Assembly (NCBI GenBank): GCA_023213395.1
Contig: CM041465.1
Location: 181,605,741 to 181,669,740 of the forward strand
DNA length: 64,000 bases
Direction of reading: 5' to 3'
Source: Cycas panzhihuaensis
Lineage: Eukaryota > Plantae > Cycadophyta
Made by a program: the position numbers and the translations under genes
In this document: positions 27,586 to 39,700 of the stretch, piece after piece
How positions within the stretch are numbered: position 1 is the first letter of the stretch
Layout of the letters: each line of letters opens with the position of its first letter
Notes under the pieces: model-generated
The model's input: the letters and a program-made list of their open reading frames with translations, nothing else
Told to the model about the DNA's origin: nothing
Database searches by the model: none

Positions 27586-29755
27586 TGTTTCCTGACTACC
27601 GGGAATGGGTTCTAAGCAAGTCAACTGAGGTAAGTATAGGTATGTTTCTAGCCTTTGCCTTTGTTACTTCTATAGAAAGGTAAACATAAGCATTATTTTT
27701 TTGCATGGCTGACTGACACATTTGAGTGATCATCTTGCATCCATTGCTTGATCATATTGCTTGATACTCTTTGAGCCAATGACGATCTACGGGACATGCA
27801 TGCCCATGGCACTCCACAGCCCTCCTATGCACCTCCATGTTGTCTCAAGCATCACTCAACCCGTGTGATCCGTTCACATCCTCTTTGCCACATCACAGCA
27901 CTTATTACGTCGCTAAGTGTGATTGGTATATCCCTATGCCAGTTATTGGTTTCCTGGGAACCCTACCGCTTTAGTACCCCATTCGGCTTAGGTCATCCTG
28001 TTCATATGATTGTCCCCAGCTACCTGGATAGAGGGCCAACCCCTCTTAAGCCTGGGGTACCCTCCTTTAGGGCTCATAGGCACCCTTTTCTTATTCTATT
28101 TTGCCTCTGTCACCGCACTGTGACAAATGTTGTGGTACCATGATAAACTTTGCGGTACTGCGAAGTTTGTCGCAGGGTGATTGCATAAAACTTTTTTTTT
28201 TTAAATTTGCTATGGCAATTTTCACTTTTTTTCGCGAAATTGCTACGTGGCTTAGACATCCCTCGACTGCTAGCCTTACCCTAATCGCCCATTTAAGTTA
28301 GGGTTAGGTATAAAGCTCAAAAGAACCTCATTTTCCATTTCTTCTTCCACCTACTCTCATCTCTTCTCCTTCTTTCACAAGTAGTTTTCTATAGGAATGC
28401 CCTGTAACATCTGAGTTCCCTGTGGTTCAACCTAAAATCTGCCCTCTCCAGTTTGGATCTGTGGTAACAAGCTCACCAACAAGCTTCCTCAAGTAAGGAT
28501 TCACTCCAAGTTCCGCCTCTACGCCCTTTCAACAAGTTTCAACAAGTTTGTTTCAAGGTTTCATTGCTCTTCCAAGGATCTACCTGTAAGCACCATAGAT
28601 CTGCCATTTTCTGCCAGTTTCTCAGACATACCTATCTCTAATCCAACCCAGCAAGTATTATCTCATGTTTTCTCCATTTTGTTCCTTTTAAACTTTCTTA
28701 AAAAAGGTTAGATCATTTAGAATATCTTTATTTTCTCCAGCTTTCCAGTACATATAGGGGACAATCCCTCTGTTCCTTTCTTTCTATCCACAACATCTTC
28801 TTGCCCTCTCCTGGTTTCTTTAAGGAGGCTACGGGGAGAGGACCTCAAAGAGTGAGAGAAAGGAGCCAAGGCAGGTTCCGTAACCAACTAGGCATACTCC
28901 TCAAGGGCAACCCCCTTCTCCTCTTTCCTCTCCTCCACTCGTGCCTTCCTTGAGGTGTCAAGGAGCTTCCGGAAGTAGGCCAGTGCTACATATCAGCGTA
29001 CACAACCCCTTGCTACGCTCTTTCTAGGCTTGGGTGCCTTGCTTGGGCAGATTTTCTAGCCCCGAGTAGTTTCTCATGTCCGCCTTGGGTCTTGGCTTGA
29101 TCTAGGTTACAAATTTTTGCACATAGCAACACTTGCAACATAAATGATATTTGTAAACCTCATGCTATTTGTCTCTCTTATTATTTGCTGTCATTAGGCC
29201 ATCCCAGCCTACTGTTTCGTATGCTTAGAGGCAGCATGGAGGTGCACTTATTGGAGGGTTAGCCATTCCAAGGCTAACCATACACATCCCTTGTTTTGTA
29301 TCGTTGGCTTTGAGGAGATTTAGAGTTGTTCTCTGGTTGGAAGTTTGCTTGACTTGAAGTGCTTTAACTTACAATATTCTTAGCATTTTACAGCTACATA
29401 TATACATACATTTGCTTGGCACTCTAGTAGCCCCTTGGAAAAGGGGAGAAAACCTTTGTGATTGTAGGTCTTCCACATCATCCGCGGAGAAGGATGAACC
29501 GCTACAATCTGGGTATGTTTCTTTGCTTTCCCTTTCCTTGGTCATTTCAATTTTTAGCATAACTCCTTTTCCTTTGCCTTTCTTTCTTTCTTCTTTTTGC
29601 TTCAGGGGAAGGTAAGGAAGCCCTTATGTTGCTTGTACGTTGCGAGAAGGAAAAGAAGAAGCGGGTGCTGCGCAAGATGATGACTTCGTTTCAGCCACAT
29701 AATTTTCCAGGTACGCCGACTCCTTTTTGTAGACCTTTTATCTCCTTATCTTTTA
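27586..29755 (+). repeat. 5' LTR of the Tat-like element (3' end deleted)
   Basis: Colinear with 36710-38876 at roughly 85% by eye; homology stops at ...CTTATCTTTTA and the sequence runs straight into gag-like coding. Confidence 0.9.
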
Positions 29756-31450
29756 GGCACTCGAGGCCATTGAGATCCATGCTAGACTCAAGAAGCCTCT
29801 AAAGTCCTCACAGCGACGTAAGGCACCTCCACCGTCAAAAGAAACTAAAATCCAGCAAACTGCTAGGTCTTCTTCTCATCCTACCGAGAAGACCCTAGAT
29901 CCTCTCACTTCAGCGATATGTTCATTTGAACATACTATGAAGGAGCTCAAGCTCCAAGCTCCTTTATCCCCCACATCTAACAAGCCAGTCCACCAGGCTT
30001 CCCAAGCTGCTCCTTTAAAGGGTGGCAACACCCACTTCTCTCAAGCGATGAAATTTGATTCCTCCCTTGAGAAGAAGTGGTGCTCCATCCATGGGGAGTG
30101 CTTCCATGATGATTCGCGGTGTCGGGCCCATCATCCTAAAGTTGCCCTGCAATATGATTCTTCCCCCAAACGGGCGTCTAGGCCTAACTTAGACTAGCTC
30201 GTCCATAGAGATCCATTTCCCAAACATGGGGAACGTGATTGCAACCACCAGCAAAAGAACAATCAAAACTGAGGAAGATCCCCAAATCCTCGCCCTTCAC
30301 AAGCTAAAGGGAAGGGTGCGAAGAATTCATCCTCCTCCTCGGGTTCCCCTGACTGTCATATCCCTTTACCTTCACGATCCCGGAACAAGGGAAAGAAGGT
30401 CATTTAAATGCCTGAGACTACTCCATTATATGCTCTAACTTGGTCTTAAGCAGTTAAGAGACGAACAACGCCTCTTCATTTATACTTCACCTTGATCCTC
30501 TTCTGGAGGTCCCTCCTCCAGAAGTCCCCACGCTTCCTAAGATTGTTCTTGTGCATCCTGGCCGTTACGATTTTCGAAGGGCTCTTCCCCGACCTACCAT
30601 GAAGAGGAAGCCCTTCTCTATCGTTGACGAGCTTCATACTGTCACCGCGGGGATGTCCTTGATGGATGTATTAAGAAGCTATCATGAGCAACGCACTCTC
30701 CTTTTTGAAACTCTTGGTCAACAAGATGCTTCCATCCATGTGATAGGTGCTACCTCCCATGGACCACCTATCATCTCATTTGATCCCCAAGACCTCTTAT
30801 CTCCTAGTGAATGGGAGAAGCTTTTACATTACCCATTTGTCATTTCCGTTGACACTCCCAATTTTATCATAAGGAGGACCATCATAGATAATAGCTCCTT
30901 GGTTAATGCTATGCCTACGTGCATGCTCAAGGAGCTGGGTATAGCAGCTCTTGAGTCTATCCCTTGGAAATACCAAGGGTATGATGGGACTGAGAATCCC
31001 CCCTTAGGGACAGTCTCCCTTTCCCTCACCTTAGGAGGGAAAATTGTTGCTGTCAAAGTTGTTGTACCCGATATCGATGTGGAGTACAATCTCTTGTTGG
31101 GTCGACCATGACTTGACCAAATGGGAATAATCTGCTCCTCGCATTGGGGGCAACTTAAGTTTGTTCATGAAAGATGAGTTAAAGTTGTCGCTCGTGACCC
31201 TAAGCCATCTCACACTTCTCATCCAGCCTGCCAGGCTATCTTCGATAATGAAGATAACAATCATGAGGAGGCTACCCCTTCCGTGGGGTCTCTGTTTCAG
31301 GAGACTGACCTTCATCAGTCCGAACCTATGCCTTGTCATGAGCCAAACCTAGTCAAGTTTGCCCCTATTGGTGTAGGTAATTATGGTTACTTAACCGTCG
31401 TAGGTGATTCCGAGTCAGATGGCGAGGGATATGAGCCCCCTCCTTAGTGT
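29756..31450 (+). pseudogene. Gag C-terminal part and aspartic protease of the Tat-like element
   Basis: KWCSIHGECFHDDSRC (CX2HX4HX4C knuckle variant); FSIVDELHT...MSLMDVL; IRRTIIDNSSLVNAM (DNGS-type active site); YNLLLGRP*L...HWGQLKF. These are typical of Tat/Ogre gag-PR. Confidence 0.85.
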
Positions 31451-32550
31451 GTTACCCTTGTTTTACGTGCACCTAGGAGGATATTCTGATTGGATATTGG
31501 ATATCCCGATCGGATATTCTTACTCCTCTTCATTCTACATTGGCTCCTGAGCCGCTGGTTCCAAACCAACCACTTCTTTCACCTTCTCACCCTCCCTGAG
31601 CAGTCTCACGTAGGCATCCACGTCGACGAGCCCCTCGTAGAGGTACTTCTTCTTCACACTCCAGATCCTTGCCTAGGACCAGAGCCACTCCTACTCAGAT
31701 GTGACCTTGCTATATGATCTGTCACGTGCTAAGTCTGTCGCACTCGTCTGGTTCTGACCAAAACCATTTTGCTTATAGGCCTAGCCATATAGGGCCTACC
31801 CTTCGTCACCTATCTCTAATTCTACATGTGCCTACCCCTACCCATGCGGGGCCTAGGCACACTTCTTTTTCCCCTTGCACTATGAAATGAGCCTAAACTA
31901 CCATCTTAGGCATGTTCCCATTCCCCCTAGTCACAGGTGGAATGGTGGCTTATGGTGGCCTTCTTGCTTCTTTTGGGTTCCTCCCGCGGAACTCCTGTCC
32001 CCCTTTTTCTCTAAGGGGGCCCCACCTTCCTAATTGGGTGTGTTGTCCCTGTCGCTCCTGAGCCTGAAAACATTCCCCAACTAGGATGGTGTGTTGGAGT
32101 TTCGTCACTCCCTTCCCGCTGGCGCATCCTTTGCATATTCCGCTATGCTCTTATGTGGACATGTATGCCGCCCTACTTCCTAGCCTCACATATGTCCATC
32201 GCCGATGCTCATGGTGATTGTGTGTGCGCTTGCTAGGAATTTGGCCCTACATGAAAGGAAATATGTGCAACTCAAGCAGATCTCAAACACAAACCATATG
32301 ATAATTAGCTCAAAACATCATGATCATAGCTCCTTATGCATCTGTGCACCCTCATATATATACACACAAACATATATACAAAAGTAAATACAACATCATC
32401 CATCATCATGTGTTATCACACACATCGATATATATCAAATAGGGTGCTGATGGCCTCGTTTATATACATAAAATTGCCATGTGTCATATCATATAAATGG
32501 TATGGTACATCATCCACAGGAAGCCGAAATCCTTGTAGGGAGGAGTACAA

Positions 32551-34495
32551 TCATGTGGTAAGATATGGTGACTCTTTAGAAGTCTGGTGCTTTCCCAAGT
32601 CAAAATTGGTATATCCTACTCTCTAATGCTTCCCCGCTCCTACGGTATCATCTCCTGGTCTATGTGATCTCTCTCCTGGGGATCACATGCCTCCTAGACT
32701 CCTCCTACACCTCTGGGAGCTCCCTCCCTCGCTCCCGTTGTCCCGAGGCCTCCTTAGGGTCGTCGTTGCCATATGGGTATATGTTCTGCTCTGTAATGAC
32801 CTTGATGGCATCTGGTCCACCAGCTGATCGTATCGTGCCTGGATACGATCCCTCTCGTCCTCCACTCCTCAGAGCTGCTCCTCTAGCACCACTATTCTGA
32901 TGCGACTCTCTGCATCACCACCTACTCCTCCCTAAGTCTCTAGAGCTTGGACCTAGCCTCCTAGAGCATCCCTCTCCACTCTAGTCATGTCCAGCTCTCC
33001 CTGTAGTCATCTCACTCACACCTCGTGCTCTTGGGACTCTACTACCCATACGTCTCTGGCTCTGACTAATGGGGTGAATGCTGCCATGTGGGCCCCTGCC
33101 GACCGTGGCTCCTCTCTTGCTTGGATGGGAGGTTGCCCCTCCATGTAGGCCCGAGGGAATATCTCCTGGACTACTGCCTCAACCAACCTCCCGATGTCCA
33201 TCACTCCTGTGAAATCCAACATGTCATGTGTTAGTATATATATCCATATATCCATGCCAAACAAATCAAACAAAGCAAAGCAACTAGATATCTAGTGATC
33301 GAAAGATGATGGGAAAAGATAGTGTCTCACCTATTGGGACTGTCGGCTCCCCGACTCAGACGATTACCTCCTCCTCGGGCCCTTTACCTGCTGTTAGTAC
33401 CTCCTCCTCCTCCTTCGGTACCACCTCACTGATCGCCTAGCCTACTGGGGCACCTCTGCTCTCCTCTGCTGGTGCTGGTGCTGCCCGAGTTCTTCCCACT
33501 ATCCTCAGCTTCTAGATTGGCGCCCGAGACACTCCACCTATCCCTGCATCCTTGAAGGACCTACTTCTCCTCTCACGGCTCTTGATGGTCCTGCCTCTCC
33601 TCATGTGGTCCCTGATGGACCTGCCTCTCTACCTGCTACTCTTGATGGGCCAACCCCATCATCTCTATCATTATCATCTTCATCACTAGGGGCACGTCCT
33701 ACTCCTCCTGCCTCTTCATCACTATCCCACCTCACCCCTCTATATGGATCTGATGTATAGTCTGCCATGGTGAGGAGGTCTAGTGATGTAGCCTCCATTG
33801 AATGCCTAACGCAGGCCCTCGGGTCCTCGGCCTGAACTGAGTCTACCACCTATAGACCATAGGATCCCATGCAAAAATTAGATGTGGTCCTCCTGGTGGT
33901 GCCACTGCCCCAAAATGATCGAAGAACGAAAATTGTAGCAACGTGTTGTACGATAGTCCTCCTCTACCAGCCACCCTGATGGCATCCAGTTGGCGATTAT
34001 TAGTGTAGCCCAATCCAACCTCTCCCCGGCCTCACATCTCCTCACAGTGTCCATCCACCTGCCAGGTAAATCCTTATAATTCTATTTCTGGGATATTCAG
34101 AACAGAATGCATAATGTAATCAACTTCTTCACCCGAGGAATCCGTGACATGATCATGTTTTGCATTGGAATACCTCTTCTCTTCCACCGGTCTTAACCTG
34201 TGAAGTAGGTTGTTGCCTCCCTATGTGCAGTGTCGTTGCTAGGCAATGCCTTTAGTGACGCTGGTGCTCCTGCCACCGGTACTCCCAAGATCCTCTGAAC
34301 GTCTCCTGGTGTGACTGTGACATCTCCCACTTAGGGGAGATGGAATACATGCCTCCATCAATCCTAATGTGAGAATATGTCCACTAAGAGGTGCTGGTTG
34401 GATGCATACTATGGCGTCTGAGTGGCCTTCAATAAGCCACACCTCCATAGTACTCGCCGGTCTCCTTGAGACATCATCTTGATGAAGCTAAGCAT
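32551..34495 (-). pseudogene. Antisense Plant Mobile Domain (PMD, MAIN/MAIL-like) gene with acidic/AGPS-repeat linker, a phase-1 intron (33207-33330) and a coiled-coil C-terminus
   Basis: From the ATG at 34495: ...NQHLLVDIFSH*D*WRHVFHLP*VGDVTVTPGDVQRILGVPVAGAP...GERLDWATLIIA, matching the PMD consensus LVERW.PETHTFHLP.GEMTVTLEDV..LLGLPV.G and YSWGSAVLA. The stops are mostly C>T/G>A type. The 3' end is approximate. Confidence 0.8.
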
Positions 34496-35784
34496 AGCTA
34501 CTCCTATGTTCTCGTAGTTGCCTACAACGATAACTGCTTGCAAAACATCCAAGAAACTAGTCAAAATCTATCTAAACTTGCCTGCTTGCCTTCATGACTG
34601 CCCCTCGTTCCTCTCGGATTGAGGTTTGGCACTCCTTCGGGCCACCCTTTATGTTTTTAAGCCTATCTATTTTACACTGCACTAAACTTTGCAGTACCGG
34701 AGAGTTTAGCATGGGGCCCGTTGAGATTTTGGGATAATCTCAGTGGCCTTATGAAAGATCACCAGACCGTGATCTTTCTCAGCAGCAACGTCACCCCCAC
34801 AATATGGGGGGCTTCCTATCCCAAAAATAAAAAAATTTGCCTAGGCTGGCCATGCTCTGGCCCACCGGGACCAGGGTTACCTAATACCCTGGTCCCCCTC
34901 CATCGGGTCCAATCTGGACTCCGTGAGACCGCCATTCATTCCATAAGGGGCCTAAAACTACACTAAAAAACACTAAAAAGCCATTAAATTCAAACGATTG
35001 GATGGGTTAGGTAACGGGTGATCCACTCACTGGATCCGGTCTTGCTACAGCCATCTCGTCTCTCCGATCTCACTAGCTGTTCTCACGTCCTGATTTGACG
35101 ATCTGATCTCCCTCTGTGTGCCTTCGAAGTTAGGCGGCGCTTCGCTACATATGGAAACGAGCTCTGAATCGCTCGTGAGCTCGTAAAAATAAATTCTATT
35201 TTCGTCGAGTTTTCTTTATATAGGTGGGGGCCCCGGTGGACACTTCTTCCATTTCCTTTGCCGTGACAGCGTTTGGGACCATCTCTCTTCTCTAATCACC
35301 TTTGTCTTCTGGGTTTATCTCTCATTTCGCCTTCGTGGCCCTTTTTTTCTCTTGACCCTCTGAGTGCATTTATGGCACCCCCTTGCTTAGCCTTGCGAGG
35401 CCCCGTTTGTCTCATTTTGTGTGCCACCTCCATATATGCTCAAGTTTATATTTGTTTGACTTGTTTCGCCAATCCTGAACCCATTTTTGCTGCTCGTTCG
35501 TGCCTTTAGGGCTCCCAAAGGAAGCGTCCCCCACTTGGGACTGCACCTCACCTCCTAAAACAACCTTTGGCACCCCCCAGAGGGGCCTTTTGGCCACTGG
35601 TTCTCTCCCATCCACCGGATATTCTTCTCTGCCCTTGGGTAACCTCATCTCTGGGTCTTCCTGCCCTTTGTGGCCTTTATTGATAGCCACTTGAGTCTCC
35701 CACAATGGTTTTATATCATTAAGTCCTCTTCACTTATTGATCCTATGAGCACTTTCTCTCTACTGAGACCTCCATTCTTTTGTC

Positions 35785-36207
35785 ATGGCATTACTCATTT
35801 ACACTAATGGTGGAAGACGCGGCAACCCTGGGCCTTTTGCTGCCGCATGGATTCTCTGTGACCCTTTCATATACGTCTTTTTGTGTTCTGGGATCTTTCT
35901 TCCCGATGCCACCAATAACAAAGCTGAGTACACAGCTGTTATTGAGGCCCTTATTGATGTGCTATGCTTCCATCGTGGACCCATCATTCTTTTCTGCGAC
36001 TCTAAAGTTGTGGTATCTCATCTCACCCAAGTCTACTAGGTGCGGTGCCCATGCCTGAGAGCCCTTGCCTCGACCGCAAGGTCCTTGTTGGCTTGTTTTC
36101 CATATGTTGATATCTGACACATAACTCGGGCTCTCAATGCCGAGGCAGATAGCCTGGTTCATTTCGTCCTTAAGCATCGCCTCCCTTTATTTAGTGACCC
36201 CCCTTGA
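35785..36207 (+). pseudogene. Stand-alone archaeal-type RNase HI (aRH) ORF, ~140 codons, two in-frame stops
   Basis: IYTNGGRRGNPGP...ATNNKAEYTAVIEAL...FCDSKVVVSHL...HITRALNAEADSL. Stops at 36037 (TAG) and 36115 (TGA) read through in frame. Confidence 0.88.
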
Positions 36208-36709
36208 GAGGCTTGTCTGGTCGCCCAGGTGCCCAAGTCTCGGATCATCTTGTACTTCACATTGCGATCCGTTCGCACCTCCGAAAGTCGGCCGCTAATG
36301 AGGTTAAACTATGGCGACCACCAGGTTTGTTTTCTTCACTCCACTTTCAACATCTTAGTACATAACTTTCGCTATTCTTAACTTGTGTCTATATATAGCA
36401 CTTTGTTCGTGACATCTATCTGATCCTATGTGTGGTTCTCATCACCCTTCCATTCTACTCTTATGATGGGGGCACCCCCCTCATCCGTTATCATTGCCTG
36501 TTGTCCATACGACGACATGTAGACAGCCTCTATGTTGTCTCGCCCTTGCCTCTACACCCACACGTTCTACCACGACACTCGCCGTCACCCTTGGCTCGCA
36601 CTAATGTTATAATTATTTGTATATATATATATGTTACTAACATTGTGTTGCTAGCATTTGCTGTCGCATTACGCCTCCGAGCTGCGAGGCTCTGCTACCA
36701 AGGGGGCAG

Positions 36710-39700
36710 TGTTTCCCGGCTACCAAGAATGGGTTATTGGCAAGTCGACTTAGGTAAGTACAAGTATGTTTCTAGCCTGTCTTTGTTATTTCTATAGAAA
36801 GGTAAACATAAGCATCATTTTTCTGCATCGCTGACTGACGCATTTTAGTGATCATCTTGCATTCGTTGCTTGATCATATTGCTTGATACTCTTTTATCTA
36901 ATGACGATCTGCGGGACATGCATCCTCATGGCACTCCATAACCCTTCTATGCACCTCCATGTTGTCTCAAGCATAACTTAGCCTATGTGACCCGTTCACA
37001 TCCTCTTTGCCACATCGCAACCCTTAGTGCCCTGCCAAGTGTGATTGGTACAACCCTATACCAGTTACCAATTTCCTGAGAACCCTACCGCTTCGATACC
37101 CCATCTGGCTTAGGTTATCCTCTCTATATGAATGTTCCCAGCCACTTGGATAGAGGGCTAGCCCCTCCTAAGCTTGGGGTACCCTCCTTTAGGGCTCCCA
37201 GGCACCATTTTCTTGTACAATTTTGCCTCTGTCACCGCACCACAACAAATGTTGCGGTACTGTGGTAAACTTTGCAGTACCGTGAAGTTTATCGCAGGGC
37301 GATTACATAATTTTTTTTTTGAAAATCTGCCGTGGCAATTTTTATTTTTTTTTCACGAAATTGCTACGTGGATTAGACATCCCTCAACTCCTAGCCTTAC
37401 CCTAATCACCCATTCAAACTAGGGTTAAGTATAAAGCCCAAAAGAACCTCATTTTTCATTTATTCTTCCACCTACTCTCCTCTCTTCTCCTTCTTTCATA
37501 GGCAATTTTCTGTAGGAATGCCCTGCAACATCTAAGTTTCCTGTGCTCCAGCCTGAGATTCGCCCTCTCCAGCTTGGATTTGCCATAGCATACTCGTCAA
37601 CAAGCTTCTTCAAGTAAGGATTCACTCCAAGTTTTGCCTCCACACCCTTTTAACAAGTTTTAGCAAGTTTGTTTCTAGGTTTCATTACTCTTCCAAGGAT
37701 CTACCTATAAGCACCATAGATCTGCCATTTTCTGCTAGTTTCTCAGACATGCCTATCTCTAATCCAGCCCAACAGGTATTATATCATGTTTGCTCCATTT
37801 TGTTCCTTTTAAACTTTCTTAAAAGAGGTTAGATCATTTGAAATATCTTTCTTTTCTCTAGCTTTCCAGTACATACAGGGGGCAATCCCTTCGTTCCTCT
37901 CTTTCTATCCACATCATCTTCCTGCCCTCTCTTGGTTTCTCCAAGGAGGCTGCAGGGAGAGGACCTCAAAGAGTGAGAGAAAGGAGCCAAGACAGGTTCT
38001 GTACCCAACTAGGCCTGCTCCTCAAGGGCAACCCCCTTCTCCTCTTTCCTCTCCTCCACTCGTACCTTCCTTGAGTTGCCAGGGAGCTTCCGAAAGTAGG
38101 CCAACATTGGATATCAACGTACGTAGCCCCTTGCTACACTATTTCTAGGCCTAAGCGCCTTGCTTGAGCAGATTTTCCAACCCCGAGTAATGTCTCATAT
38201 CCACCTTGGGTCTTGGCTTGATCTAAGTTGCAAATTGCTGCACATAGCAACACTTGCAACATAAACGATATTTGCAAACCTCATAACATTTGTCTCTCTT
38301 ATTATTTACTGCCAATAGGCCATTTCAACCTATTGTTTCTTGTGCTTAGAGGCAGCGTGGAGGTGCACTTGTTGGAGGGTTAGCCATTCTGAGGCTAACC
38401 ATACGCATCCCTTGTCTTGTGTTGTTGGCTTTGAGGAGATTTGGAGTTATTCTATGGTTGGAAGTTCGCTTGACTTAAAGTGCTTTAACTTACAATATTC
38501 TTAGCATTTTACAGCTACATATATACATACATTTACTTGGCACTCTAATAGCCCCTTAGAAAAAGGGAGAAAACCTTTGTGATTGCAGGTCTGCAACGTC
38601 ATTCGCGGAGAAGGATGAACCCTTACAATCCGGGTACGTTTCTTTGCTTTCTCTTTTCTTGGTCATTTCAGCTTTTAGCATAGTTCATTTTTCTTTGCCT
38701 TTCTTACTTTATTGTTTTTGCTTCGGGGGAAGGTAAGGAAGCCCCTACGCTGCCCATGCGTTGGGAGAAGGAAAAGAAGAAGCAGGTGCAGCGCAAGATG
38801 GTGACTTCGTTTCAGCCGCATCATTTTCTAGGTACATTGCCTCCCTTTTGTAGACATTTTCTCTGCTTATCTTTTAAGTTTATGTGTTTGCATGATAAGA
38901 ACATTAAGGGAAAATGATAAAATGGAACCAATTTATACCATCCATTTGCATATGCACACTAGCTTGCACTTTAAGAAAGAGTACAACATAGGAGATATCC
39001 CCTTCCTCTTTCCGTCTGATTGCATACAACCTACTAGGATTTGCATCCTTAGCATGCATCTTGTGTGTTAGATTGGTTTGCCTCTTTCGTCCCCTTTCCC
39101 TTTGTTTAAAGTGAAAAGACAGCGAGGATTTATATTAGAGAGAAAACGAGAGGAAACATATTTGTTGTCTTTCATACATATACCTCTTTTATCTCTTGTT
39201 TCTATACATAATCGACTAGGCACCATCTCACTATTGCACATAGAAGGTATACTCCTTCATACATAGGACAGTAAGAACTACTTCCGCCATCGTCCTTGGC
39301 TCCCCTAAAACTCACTTTAGGTGAGTTAGCTCAATGAGGATTCATCCTCTAAGACCTTCTCCTCTAACCCCATCACATTTACATCAACTTAATAATCTCA
39401 ACACCCTTCCGCCTAGGGTTGGCCTCGCGCGTGAGGTGGTTACCCAACACCATTCTTACGAGCGTGTACCTCCTGCGCCACTTACCTATATACATCCTAT
39501 CCATATCCCTTCATTATCTACGAGAATTCATTTCCTCGTTGGGCCTTGTCCTTCCCTTCTGGCCATACAAGGGCGGAAAGACCTACGGTTTGAGGTTACT
39601 CAGGAAACTGAGGATATCCCTCGCTTGCGCTACCCCAAAACCAAAACTAAGTTACTTAGAAGAAAGTTGTATGCCATTCATGAGTCTCGAACTTGCGTTA

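Noticed and set aside
29750-29760. 5' LTR-gag junction (TTTTAG|GCAC) as a reverse-transcribed splice product
   Set aside because: The lost segment includes the LTR end and PBS, which are needed for retrotransposition, while the 3' LTR is complete. A DNA-level deletion is simpler.
39152-39158. GGAAACA as the inverted-repeat end of the 3' LTR
   Set aside because: No TSD follows it. Similarity to the solo LTR end and the CCAGT/CCAAT TSD place the end at 39825.
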